Positions 49,742-59,120 of a stretch of 64,000 bases of DNA are shown here, piece after piece. Source of the DNA: Pirellula sp. (lineage in GTDB: Bacteria > Planctomycetota > Planctomycetia > Pirellulales > Pirellulaceae); NCBI GenBank assembly GCA_046318495.1, contig JBKCUI010000344.1:1600-65599 (forward strand), written 5' to 3'. Each line of letters opens with the position of its first letter. Position 1 is the stretch's first letter. The position numbers were made by a program, and so were the translations under genes. The notes under the pieces were generated by a model. The model made no database searches. It saw only the letters and a list, made by a program, of their open reading frames with translations, and had not been told where the DNA came from.

Positions 49742-49993
49742 GGTCCAGTCCGCTCGTCCCAGGAATTCGAAGCCGCCCGGATCGGGGCGCCTTCAAACGC
49801 AGCGGCTGGCCCCCTCCATCGGCTATGGACGGTTGTCCAGAAACAGGTGCTAGGAATCAAGATCAATTCGTTCGCTAGCGAATCCCGTAACGGCCGGCCT
49901 GCGATCTGGATGCTCAGGCAGTCACAAAAGAACACGAGCGCCGTTCGAAACGAGGCTCGTGTTTCATGCCTTGCTTGGTGTCGCCGAGCGGCA

Positions 49994-50359
49994 TCACTTG
50001 TAGACCGAGTGGCACGCCTTGCAGTCGGTCGCTTTCTTCAACTCATCGATCGCGCCTTCGCGACCCAACAGAACTTTGGCCGCGCTGACGACCGAAGGAC
50101 CGGCGGCCATCGGCCATGCTGCTTTGTCCCCCTTAGCGGGTTCCCCTTCGAGCATGTCGATGTACAGATCCAGCAAGAGCTTCTTGTCGTCGTCGGTCCC
50201 TTGTCCATCGACGATCTTCTTGAGCAGACCGTCTTTGTGCGCGACCTTCATCACTTCCTTAATCGTCCGAGGAGCCGGAGCCGGCTTCCACGCAGCCGCC
50301 AACGACACCGATCCGAGCACCATCGCCAGCCCGCAGGCCAATACGGCAAATCTCTTCAT
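49994..50359 (-). CDS. Secreted small c-type cytochrome-like protein (cytochrome c'-like, C-terminal heme motif)
   Basis: Signal peptide, helical body and terminal CKACH. Confidence 0.7.
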   Translation of the reverse strand: MKRFAVLACGLAMVLGSVSLAAAWKPAPAPRTIKEVMKVAHKDGLLKKIVDGQGTDDDKKLLLDLYIDMLEGEPAKGDKAAWPMAAGPSVVSAAKVLLGREGAIDELKKATDCKACHSVYK

Positions 50360-50583
50360 CACACGTACTCCGTTTCATCAAGAAACAAAAAAGAAATCGG
50401 GATCGCAACCCCGCTCAGGGCAGTGTAACGCCCCCCGAACTCGCACGCATCCAGCCCAATAGGGGCCGAACGGGCTTAAATCCGTGCCGGGACGGGCTGC
50501 GTTAGCGGTATCCCGAAACCAGGATTCTGGTATCCTGGGATGCTTCGTGGATCCCATATTCTTCTGAAATTCCATCTGTTTCG

Positions 50584-50937
50584 ATGAGGTGTCGCATGCT
50601 TCGAACGGTATGTTTCGGGCTGGTATTGCTCCCGTTTTGCTGGATCGGATGCGATGCGGCACCGCGAAACTCAAACGCAGGAAACGACGGAAAACCCGCT
50701 GCCCAATCGCCATCCGACGCCGTCCGCACGCGGCTCGTGGCTGCCGATCTCTTGGACGGCACAGAGGATAAAATCGTGCACCGCTGCTATGTCTGTGCGC
50801 TCGGCATGGATGGCAAGGAAAAAAACACCGCGAAATACGAGGGCTTTGAGGTGCATCTGTGCAGCCAAGGCTGCTTGGAAGAATTCCAAGCCAATCCCGA
50901 AAAAGTCGTCCTCGAAACGCCGATCCCCAAACCCTAA
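50584..50937 (+). CDS. Putative lipoprotein with YHS/TRASH-like metal-binding motif
   Basis: WIGC lipobox and CYVCALGM...HLCSQGCLEEF motif. Confidence 0.65.
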   Translation: MRCRMLRTVCFGLVLLPFCWIGCDAAPRNSNAGNDGKPAAQSPSDAVRTRLVAADLLDGTEDKIVHRCYVCALGMDGKEKNTAKYEGFEVHLCSQGCLEEFQANPEKVVLETPIPKP

Positions 50938-50960
50938 TCCCCAACCCCTACGGACCGATT

Positions 50961-51926
50961 GTGGAATCCAAGTTCTTCACCCAGTGCGTCTGCGTTCTGC
51001 TCAAGTCGCCTGTTTCGATCAAAACCATTCAGCAGACCTTGAGCGATCTGAATTTCACGGGCGAAGACTTCAGCACCGAATCCTGGGAGTTCTGCGGTTC
51101 GGCCGCAGTTGCTGAGTACCAACCCGAATCGGACTCGCACTTGGTCATCGACGTGATCGAGCAAGCGTGGCCGGACGATATGGATTACGACACGCCGGAC
51201 TCGCTTCTGCATGCCGCTTGGAAAACCGGGAACTTCGGCGCTCATACGTTTCCTGGTGCGCTCGAGCGAGCCATCGAACAAAGCTGGGTTTGGCCCGAAG
51301 GCAAAGAGATCGCTCCTACGCATACAGGCTTTATCCGGTTGCGCATCAGCTATGCCTTTGGCGAATCGGATGCCGACGCCGAGGGCGAAGACGAAGAATC
51401 GGATATCGTGTTGCCAGACGACTACGATCCGGTGAACGAACTGGAGTTCCTCGTCGAGCAAGCAGGCAAACTCCTGGCTCTGCCGCAAGCTCTGTGCTAT
51501 TTCAATGCCAGCGGCGAGGTGCTTCGCGACCGCGGATCCTTCGGCGAAAGCGTTCAACTTTGCGAAGAGCACGAAGTTCCGCCGATCGATCTTTGGTCGA
51601 ACATCCGTCTGTTCCGCTTCGACGACGATTGGGCCATGATGGATTCCGTCGGCAACGGGCAGTTGGGACTCGATGATGTGGAGACCTGTTTCCACTCCGA
51701 AGGCTACGACTTCAATACAGTGGACCAATTGATCCGCATGGTATCGATGCTGAGCATGGGCGGCGAAGAATTCGAAGAAGGCGAAAGCGTTGAAGACGAA
51801 TCGGGACAATCCTGGACCGTGAGTTTCCACGAAGATAGCTTGTGCGATCCCCCCCGATATGTCCTGAGATTGGTGCCTGACGACGGCCGCGAACTTCCGC
51901 CGCAATTGTCCGAAGCCCCAGAATGA
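50961..51926 (+). CDS. Acidic hypothetical protein, DUF4261-like
   Basis: Very Asp/Glu-rich. LWSNIRLF and MMDSVGNGQLGLDDVE segments resemble this family. Confidence 0.6.
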   Translation: MESKFFTQCVCVLLKSPVSIKTIQQTLSDLNFTGEDFSTESWEFCGSAAVAEYQPESDSHLVIDVIEQAWPDDMDYDTPDSLLHAAWKTGNFGAHTFPGALERAIEQSWVWPEGKEIAPTHTGFIRLRISYAFGESDADAEGEDEESDIVLPDDYDPVNELEFLVEQAGKLLALPQALCYFNASGEVLRDRGSFGESVQLCEEHEVPPIDLWSNIRLFRFDDDWAMMDSVGNGQLGLDDVETCFHSEGYDFNTVDQLIRMVSMLSMGGEEFEEGESVEDESGQSWTVSFHEDSLCDPPRYVLRLVPDDGRELPPQLSEAPE

Positions 51927-52146
51927 TTTTGAACCTTGGAGTGTTTTGCAACTCCGCCGCAATCTGCCCCTGGGAGGACGTGGATGCGTAACGCAGCGCG
52001 TTTCGCCATCGCCCCCGGGGCGAGATTTCGACTATGATCTAGCTGGCGATCGAACGAATCGCTGTCCTAAAGTGGTGCCTTTTGCCCGAGATTGACGGGA
52101 TGCGACCCATGAATGGATATCCCTCGGCGCTAACCCCCTACCATTT

Positions 52147-53223
52147 GTGCGCACCACCAAAGAACTCTACATCGCTTCGAAGAACTACGCCCAAGAAATC
52201 CGTTGGCTAAGTTGGTTCCACTTGCTCCTCGCACTCGGGCTGTGGGCGCTCGTGAATGCAGCGATCTGCAGCCCTATCCCGTGGGCCGCGAAAGGTCTCG
52301 CCAGCGTCCTATCCGGATTGCTGATCGTGCGGCTGTTCATCATGTACCACGATTACCACCACGGTGCGATCCTCAAGAACTCCTGGATCGCCCACGGCGT
52401 CTTCACCGCGATCGGCTGGTTGACGCTCAGCCCGGATAGCGTGTGGCGAGGCTCCCACGACCACCATCATCGCCACAACTGCAAAGGGACCGGCGCCAAT
52501 CCAGGCTCGTTCCGACTGATGACATGCCAAGAGTTCCTGCAAGCCTCGGCTGCAGAACGCTGGTCGTACGTCGTTTCTCGCCACTGGCTGACCATCGGAA
52601 TGGGCTACCTGACGGTGTTTTTGTTCGGCATGTCGATCCTGCCCTTCTTCAGCCAACCCCGCCGGCATTGGGATGGCGCCGTCGCCGTGCTACTCCATGC
52701 GACACTCCTCTCGTCGGTCGCTCTCTGGAGCGTCTCCCAAGCGTTCTTCCTCGTGGTTGCCCCCTTGATCGTCGCTTGCGGTTTGGGTTCCTACCTGTTC
52801 TATGCCCAGCACAATTTTCCTGGCTGCAAATTCCAATCGCGTGAGGAATGGACGCATGCAAAGGCCGCTTTGCATTCTTCATCGTACATTCGCATGAGCC
52901 CTTGGATGCAATGGTTCACCGGAAACGTCGGTCTGCATCACGTGCATCATCTGAATGCCAAGATCCCTTTCTATCGACTACCGGAAGCGATGAATGAGAT
53001 CACCGAGTTCCAAACCCCAGTCACCACGTCGCTCCATCCAGTGGATGTAGTGCGTTGCCTCCGTTTGAATCTGTGGGATCCCGATCAAGGCCGATTGGTG
53101 TCGTACCGTGAAGCCCGCCGTTATGATCGCCAGCCGCAAAGCTACGAAGGCGAAGGGCTCTCTTACGATCCCCATTCCTACGATCCAGACATCCTCGACG
53201 AGCCTGCAACATCACACGCTTAG
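52147..53223 (+). CDS. Membrane fatty acid desaturase
   Basis: Histidine boxes HDYHH, HDHHH and HHVHH, plus YAQHNF. Confidence 0.92.
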   Translation: MRTTKELYIASKNYAQEIRWLSWFHLLLALGLWALVNAAICSPIPWAAKGLASVLSGLLIVRLFIMYHDYHHGAILKNSWIAHGVFTAIGWLTLSPDSVWRGSHDHHHRHNCKGTGANPGSFRLMTCQEFLQASAAERWSYVVSRHWLTIGMGYLTVFLFGMSILPFFSQPRRHWDGAVAVLLHATLLSSVALWSVSQAFFLVVAPLIVACGLGSYLFYAQHNFPGCKFQSREEWTHAKAALHSSSYIRMSPWMQWFTGNVGLHHVHHLNAKIPFYRLPEAMNEITEFQTPVTTSLHPVDVVRCLRLNLWDPDQGRLVSYREARRYDRQPQSYEGEGLSYDPHSYDPDILDEPATSHA

Positions 53224-53232
53224 TGCGGGCGA

Positions 53233-54954
53233 TTACCTCGCCTGAGGACCCAAGCTCTGCCGGTAATACTTGAGTCCCGGCACAAAGAAGCACAACCCGG
53301 CCACGATGCCATAGATCAAGTGCGCCCAGTCTGGAATCCAGAGCATCATCGCTGCGGTCGCAAACAAACAAGCGGCCTGCACGTAGAACGCGCCGCTCAA
53401 GATCCCGGCTTTGACCACAAACATCATCCCGGTGATGACGGCGACCAGCGGTGTGAGCTTCAATCCATCCAAGCCCAATCCGTACTCGATCGGGAACAAC
53501 GCCCCGATGCCGATCATGCTCGCCCCCCACACGTGGGCGATCTGCCGTTCGACAAATGTGACCGGCCCCATCCGGCGACGCATCGCCCAGAATACAGCTG
53601 CCCAAGCCCCAAGTCCGACGGTCCATAGAAGCGCGTACGCTACTCGACCGGCGTTGCTCCAAGCCAGCACTTCCGTCAGCACGCATGCGGTAAAGAGCAC
53701 CAAAGAGTGCCACATCCACAGCAATCCCCAGTTCTCCAAAACGGGCGCGTGGTGCGTCTCGCGAAACCATCTCGCTACCACTTGGGCAAACTGACCGGAG
53801 CGAGCTGAGATCGGCTCATCGTTGAGGTACGCCGACAGATCTTCGCCTAATGCGGCCGCCGACGCATACCGCAAATCGGGTGGCTTTTGCAAACACCGCA
53901 CCACGATCATCTCCAGATCGCGATCGATCTTGGGTTGGATCACGCGCGGATTGGGTGGATCCTGCTCGAGGACTTGCAACAGCACGTCCATCGTCGATTT
54001 GGCAGAGAAGGGGGGGCGGCCGGTCAAGGCATGGTACAGCACCGAACCCAAGCTATAGACATCGGACGCAGGTCCGATTTCCCCCATGCGGCCGCTGGCT
54101 TGTTCGGGACTCATGTACGTCGGCGTGCCCAGCACCACTCCCGTCCGCGTCAACGATTCAGCCACATCCGATTGCTTGGCCAACCCGAAATCGGTCAGTC
54201 GCGCATGCCCGGTGCTGTCGATCAAGATGTTGGAGGGTTTGATGTCGCGGTGCAGGATCCCCGACGCGTGCGCGCATTGCACAGCGCCGGTGACTTCCAG
54301 CAGATAGCGAACCGCTTCACGTTCTTCGAGCTGGTTGGCGTTGATCAATTCCAGCAGCGTTTTGCCTTGCAAGTACTGCATTGCAAAATATGGACGGCCA
54401 TCGATCTCTCCGACGTCGTACACCGGCACAATGTTGGGATGCTGCAACTGCGCGGTCGCGCGGGCTTCGGCAAAGAACCGTTGCCGCTCCAACTCCGAAG
54501 CCAATCGATCGCGCAAGATCATCTTGATGGCGACTTCGCGGCCCAAACTCAATTGCTTGGCTCGATACACCACCCCCATCCCGCCGCGGCCGATCTCTTC
54601 GAGCAGTTCGTAATCGCCGAGCACGCACGGTAGTGGCATCCGCCAACCGGTAGCATCGGCATTCGACGAGCCGTCCGAGCGGATCTGGCTGGCTTCATGA
54701 CTCCCCACCGCATTGGTGACAACGACGGTCCCCCAGACGGCGGTCAAGGCTTCGGCGAGATCCGGGTGCGCGCGGCAAACCGCGTTGAGATCGACAGCTT
54801 CACCCCGTTGGATCCGATCCGTTAGATCGGTGACCAATTGGGCCAAGCGCAACTCCTCATCGCTGGCGGGCTCGTCGTCAAGCTCCTCATCCTCCCATCG
54901 CGACAAGGATGCCTCGCTGCGGATTCTCTTGGAGGAAACCGAATCCGGCTTCAT
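53233..54954 (-). CDS. Hanks-type Ser/Thr protein kinase with C-terminal multi-TM domain
   Basis: IGRGGMGVVY, VAIK, HRDIKPSN, DFGLAK and GTPTYMSPEQ motifs, then about five TM helices. Confidence 0.95.
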   Translation of the reverse strand: MKPDSVSSKRIRSEASLSRWEDEELDDEPASDEELRLAQLVTDLTDRIQRGEAVDLNAVCRAHPDLAEALTAVWGTVVVTNAVGSHEASQIRSDGSSNADATGWRMPLPCVLGDYELLEEIGRGGMGVVYRAKQLSLGREVAIKMILRDRLASELERQRFFAEARATAQLQHPNIVPVYDVGEIDGRPYFAMQYLQGKTLLELINANQLEEREAVRYLLEVTGAVQCAHASGILHRDIKPSNILIDSTGHARLTDFGLAKQSDVAESLTRTGVVLGTPTYMSPEQASGRMGEIGPASDVYSLGSVLYHALTGRPPFSAKSTMDVLLQVLEQDPPNPRVIQPKIDRDLEMIVVRCLQKPPDLRYASAAALGEDLSAYLNDEPISARSGQFAQVVARWFRETHHAPVLENWGLLWMWHSLVLFTACVLTEVLAWSNAGRVAYALLWTVGLGAWAAVFWAMRRRMGPVTFVERQIAHVWGASMIGIGALFPIEYGLGLDGLKLTPLVAVITGMMFVVKAGILSGAFYVQAACLFATAAMMLWIPDWAHLIYGIVAGLCFFVPGLKYYRQSLGPQAR

Positions 54955-55616
54955 TCACGCAGTTCCTTGTAGAGTTCGGGCAGGCTTTCGATCACTTCTC
55001 GCAATCGCTTGATGGCTCGCAAGTACCGCATGCTGGCAGCCGGTTCGCTGAGCCCGAGGGCTTGCGCGATTTCTTGGTTATTGAGCTGTTCGTAATGCCG
55101 CATCAAGATGATGTCGCGGTCGTTGCCTCGCAAATGCTGGATCGCCAGCTCGATGTGCTGCGCCAGTTCGCGCTGGGTGGCGGCAGCCGCTGGGGTCAAT
55201 TGCCCGTCGCGAAATTGATTGGCCAGTTCCATGGTCGACTGATCGGGCGGCCCGGCTGCAACGGGTTGCTCGCGGTCGACGCTGCGTTTGGCGCTCATGC
55301 GATGCCGGCGGTGGGCATCGATGATGCGATCCTTGGCGATCTGCCGAATCCACAAATGGAAGGGGATGGTCGGTTGATTGACGTAATCGATCAGTCGGCG
55401 ATTGGCTTCGATGAGCACATCCTGCACGACGTCGCTGACATCGATGCGTTGCATCAGACGCTGATCGAGCCTCAGCGAGATCATCCGGCGCAACGAGTCT
55501 CGATGCCGATCGAGCAATTCCTCGACCGCCTGCGATTGCCCTTCGCGGACATTCACCAGCAACTCGGCGGTGGCGTCGCCATCCGGCCATATGGACTTTG
55601 TCATGCCGACTCCCAA
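54951..55616 (-). CDS. ECF RNA polymerase sigma factor coupled to the kinase
   Basis: Region 2 (DVSDVVQD, FHLWIRQIA) and region 4 (EIAQALGLSEPAASMRYLRA). Overlaps the kinase start by 4 bp. Confidence 0.93.
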   Translation of the reverse strand: MGVGMTKSIWPDGDATAELLVNVREGQSQAVEELLDRHRDSLRRMISLRLDQRLMQRIDVSDVVQDVLIEANRRLIDYVNQPTIPFHLWIRQIAKDRIIDAHRRHRMSAKRSVDREQPVAAGPPDQSTMELANQFRDGQLTPAAAATQRELAQHIELAIQHLRGNDRDIILMRHYEQLNNQEIAQALGLSEPAASMRYLRAIKRLREVIESLPELYKELRE

Positions 55617-55765
55617 AACGATGTGGTTTCCTACACCTCCATCTTAGCGGGACGTCCAGTCCCGCCCGAGGACGTGCAGCCTCGCGGAAACCGCTAAAAT
55701 GACGGATTCGAAGAAAAAGTCTTGAGTTTCCCTGCTTCCAACGCTCGGCCACCGCGCTCCCCCTC

Positions 55766-57076
55766 ATGCTTCCCGAAATCCAATCCTCTGTTTCGATCAT
55801 CCGCATCTCCCCCGAGATCGACGTGCCGCTCACGCCGCGCGTCCGCCGCTTGATCGATACGGCAGCCTTTCGACGCTTGAGCCGCATCAGCCAACTGGGA
55901 CTGGTCGGATTGGTCTATCCAGGCGCCAACCACTCCCGCTTTGAACATTCCCTCGGGGTCTATCGCAATGCGATCGATTTTCTGAAGCAATTGGCGAGCG
56001 ACCCCCAAACGCCGATCGTCTTCGGCGATCGCGATGCGGCGATCTTCGTGGTTGCGGCTTTGTTGCATGACATCGGCCACTGGCCGTATTGCCACGCCAT
56101 CGAGGACATGCGGCTGGCGGACCTACCGCGTCACGAAGTCCTCGCAGAGCGGCTGCTCCATCACCGCGAGATCGCACAGCTCCTGCAAAGCGATTGGGAT
56201 CTCGCGCCCGAAGACATCGCGCAGTTCCTCCATCCCCACCCCAGTGATTCCCCCAGCAGCATGCAATCGATCCTGCGATCGATGCTCAGCGGCCCAATCG
56301 ATGTCGATAAACTCGATTACCTCGAGCGGGATTCGCTGCATGCCGGGGTCCCGTACGGCCGCAACTTCGACCGCCATCGCCTCGTGCATTCCTTGTGCAT
56401 CGACCCCGAACGCAATCGGTTGGCCATCACGGACAAGGGACGCACCGCCGCCGAGATGATGGTCTTTGCGCGGTACGTCATGTTCAGCGAAGTCTATTGG
56501 CACCATGCCGTCCGGTCCGCCACCGCCATGCTGCAGCGCGCCGTCTACGAACTGCGAGAGCAAAGCGATCTGGTGCACGCGTGGCTGGACATGGACGAAG
56601 CCACCATGCGCGAATCCCTCGTCGAAAACGCCCGCGGCAAAGTGTGGGAACCTTGCATCCTCGGGCTGTTTGGATTGCGCAGGTCTTTGTACAAGCGGGT
56701 AGCGCAGTTCGATCGCTTGACCGAACCCGATCTGCATCGGGCGCTCGCCCGACGTCCTTACTCGGAAATCGTCGCCATCAGCGAACGCCTCAGCACCCTC
56801 TTGAGCAGCCAACTGAGCACCCCCATCCACAAACACGCCGTCCTCATCGATACCCCTCCGATGAAGCTCGAAGTCCAGTTCGATTTGCGAGTCCGACAGC
56901 GCGATCATCGATTTCGCCAACTCGGCGAAGTTTCTCCCGTGGTTCAATCCCTGGCAACCGAACAATTCGACGACCTGGTCAAGCGTGTCCGCATCTTCGT
57001 CGCTCCCGAATGGCGCGATGCCATCCGCCGGCTCGATCTGCCGAGCCTCCTGCGTCAGGCCATCGCGTCGTCCTAA
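55766..57076 (+). CDS. HD-superfamily phosphohydrolase (dNTP triphosphohydrolase-like)
   Basis: RLSRISQLG, HSRFEHSLGV, ALLHDIGH, DVDKLDYLERDS and VYWHH motifs. Confidence 0.9.
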   Translation: MLPEIQSSVSIIRISPEIDVPLTPRVRRLIDTAAFRRLSRISQLGLVGLVYPGANHSRFEHSLGVYRNAIDFLKQLASDPQTPIVFGDRDAAIFVVAALLHDIGHWPYCHAIEDMRLADLPRHEVLAERLLHHREIAQLLQSDWDLAPEDIAQFLHPHPSDSPSSMQSILRSMLSGPIDVDKLDYLERDSLHAGVPYGRNFDRHRLVHSLCIDPERNRLAITDKGRTAAEMMVFARYVMFSEVYWHHAVRSATAMLQRAVYELREQSDLVHAWLDMDEATMRESLVENARGKVWEPCILGLFGLRRSLYKRVAQFDRLTEPDLHRALARRPYSEIVAISERLSTLLSSQLSTPIHKHAVLIDTPPMKLEVQFDLRVRQRDHRFRQLGEVSPVVQSLATEQFDDLVKRVRIFVAPEWRDAIRRLDLPSLLRQAIASS

Positions 57077-57225
57077 ATCCGCCCCGGCCAAAGCCCGGCA
57101 ATTGACAAACCCCACTTCATCAGGAACACTATTACGGAGCGAGCGATGCGCTGCCATCGTCGCTTTGGCTAGGTCTGAGCCCTACCCATTTCCAGTTCAC
57201 AGCATCGTTTCCAACCCAACCCGCC

Positions 57226-57273
57226 ATGTCGAACGTACCAATGCTTGCCGCGATTATTCCCGGGTGCCAGTAG
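57226..57273 (+). CDS. Putative cimA leader peptide MSNVPMLAAIIPGCQ
   Basis: 15-codon ORF containing Val(GTA), Leu(CTT) and Ile-Ile(ATT ATT), directly upstream of a terminator and cimA. Confidence 0.75.
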   Translation: MSNVPMLAAIIPGCQ

Positions 57274-57349
57274 GCCCCAGGGAGCCCGTTCGACGGAAAC
57301 CACCGTATCGATCCAGAACCCCTGAAGCCTACTGCTTCAGGGGTTTTTT
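57258..57349 (+). promoter_or_regulatory. Transcription attenuator (protector, antiterminator and terminator helices)
   Basis: CAGTAGGC (57268-75) pairs with GCCTACTG (57327-34) and CAGGG (57278-82) pairs with CCCTG (57320-24). These pairings exclude the terminator stem. Confidence 0.8.
57317..57349 (+). terminator. Intrinsic terminator in the cimA leader
   Basis: AACCCCTGAAGC-CTACT-GCTTCAGGGGTT, ending in a run of six T. Confidence 0.9.
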
Positions 57350-57382
57350 CGTTGATTCCCTCCATCCCACACCAACACACGC

Positions 57383-59014
57383 ATGTCCACTCGATCGATC
57401 CACATCTACGACACCACGCTGCGCGATGGCACGCAAGGCGAAGGGGTCAGCCTCTCCCTCCAAGACAAACTCAACATCGCATCGCGATTGGCCGAGATCG
57501 GCGTCGACATGATCGAAGGGGGCTATCCGCTGTCCAACGAAAAGGACGCGATGTTCTTTCAAAAGGCAAAGCAACTCTCCCTCGGGAACAGCTTGCTCGC
57601 CGCATTCGGCATGACCCGTCGCCGCGGCATGCGGGCCGCCGATGACCCCGGACTTCAAGCCCTCGTCGCCGCCCAAACTCCGGTCATCACCGTCGTCGGC
57701 AAGTCGTGGGACTTTCACGCCACCGAAGTCCTCGGGGTCTCCCTCCAAGAAAACCTCGACATGATCGGCGAGAGCGTCGAGTTCCTCGCGCAACATGCCA
57801 TCGTCGTCTACGATGCCGAACACTTCTTCGACGGCTTCAAAGCCAACTCGGCGTATGCCTTGAGCGCGATCGAGACCGCTGCAAAAGCAGGAGCCAAATG
57901 GATCGCGCTGTGCGATACCAACGGCGGCACGCTCCCCGAAGAGATCGCTCGCATTGTTGCGACGGCCAAAGCCCACCTGTCTTCGCTTCCCGTCCAACTA
58001 GGCATCCATTGCCACAACGACGGCGACCTAGCCACCGCCAACTCCCTGGCCGCCATCGATGCGGGATGCAATCAAGTGCAAGGGACCATCAATGGCATCG
58101 GGGAACGCTGCGGAAATGCCGACCTCATCAGCATCATCGCCAACCTGCAATTCAAGAAACAAGGTTACTCGACCCTCAGAGGTCGACCACTGGATCACTT
58201 GACCGAACTGTCTCGCTACGTGTACGAAACGGCCAACCTCGCGATGCGCAGCAGCCAACCTTTCGTCGGCCGCAGCGCCTTTGCACACAAAGGGGGCATG
58301 CACGTTCATGCCGTCAACAAGTTCGCCCACACCTACGAGCACATGAACCCCGCGCTCGTCGGCAACGAACGGCGCATCCTCGTCAGCGAACTGTCCGGCC
58401 GATCGAACATCGCTGCCTTGACCCAAGACCGCCAACTCCCCAACGATCGCCAACTTCTCGATGCGATCCTCGCCGAAATCGTCAAGAAGGAAAATCAAGG
58501 CTACCAATTCGAGGCCGCCGAAGCCTCGTTCGACCTCATCGTCCGCAAGTGCTCGGGCACCTACCAGTCCCACTTCGAAACGATCAAGTACCAGATCCTA
58601 TCCGGCGATTTGGATACCTCGCGCCATCAGTCGTACGCCGAGGCGATCCTCAAACTTCAAGTCGGCTCCGAATCGCGCGTCGAAGCCGCCGAAGGGCACG
58701 GCCCCGTCAACGCCATGGATGCGGCGCTGCGAAAGACCTTGGCCCCGTTCTACCCGTGCGTCGAGTCGATGCGGCTGCTCGACTACAAAGTCCGCGTCGT
58801 CAACAGCGAAGCCGGCACCGCCGCCCGCATCCGCGTCAACATCGAAAGCTGCGACCAGCAAGGCTCCTGGCACACCATCGGTGTCAGCGAAAACATCATC
58901 GAAGCCAGTTGGAACGCCCTGGTCGATGCGGTCGAATACAAACTGCATCGCGATGCCGTCCCCCCCTCTCCATCCGCGCAAAACCAATCGTTGAACCGTA
59001 CTTCCCCTACGTGA
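57383..59014 (+). CDS. cimA: Citramalate synthase
   Basis: YDTTLRDGTQGEG, GKSWDFH, YDAEHFFDG, CDTNGG, HCHND, HKGGMH and GHGPVNAMD motifs. Confidence 0.93.
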   Translation: MSTRSIHIYDTTLRDGTQGEGVSLSLQDKLNIASRLAEIGVDMIEGGYPLSNEKDAMFFQKAKQLSLGNSLLAAFGMTRRRGMRAADDPGLQALVAAQTPVITVVGKSWDFHATEVLGVSLQENLDMIGESVEFLAQHAIVVYDAEHFFDGFKANSAYALSAIETAAKAGAKWIALCDTNGGTLPEEIARIVATAKAHLSSLPVQLGIHCHNDGDLATANSLAAIDAGCNQVQGTINGIGERCGNADLISIIANLQFKKQGYSTLRGRPLDHLTELSRYVYETANLAMRSSQPFVGRSAFAHKGGMHVHAVNKFAHTYEHMNPALVGNERRILVSELSGRSNIAALTQDRQLPNDRQLLDAILAEIVKKENQGYQFEAAEASFDLIVRKCSGTYQSHFETIKYQILSGDLDTSRHQSYAEAILKLQVGSESRVEAAEGHGPVNAMDAALRKTLAPFYPCVESMRLLDYKVRVVNSEAGTAARIRVNIESCDQQGSWHTIGVSENIIEASWNALVDAVEYKLHRDAVPPSPSAQNQSLNRTSPT

Positions 59015-59120
59015 TGGACACCCGGACCCGTATCCCATCGAGTTGCTGTAGCAAAATGAGACAGCTGCAATTACAATGAATTGGAACGCAGTCCAACCAT
59101 TCACGAAGCGATAAGGATCT

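Noticed and set aside
53120-53223. Short S-Y-D/E repeats in the desaturase C-terminal tail
   Set aside because: Only three or four degenerate units; most likely a low-complexity tail without demonstrable function.
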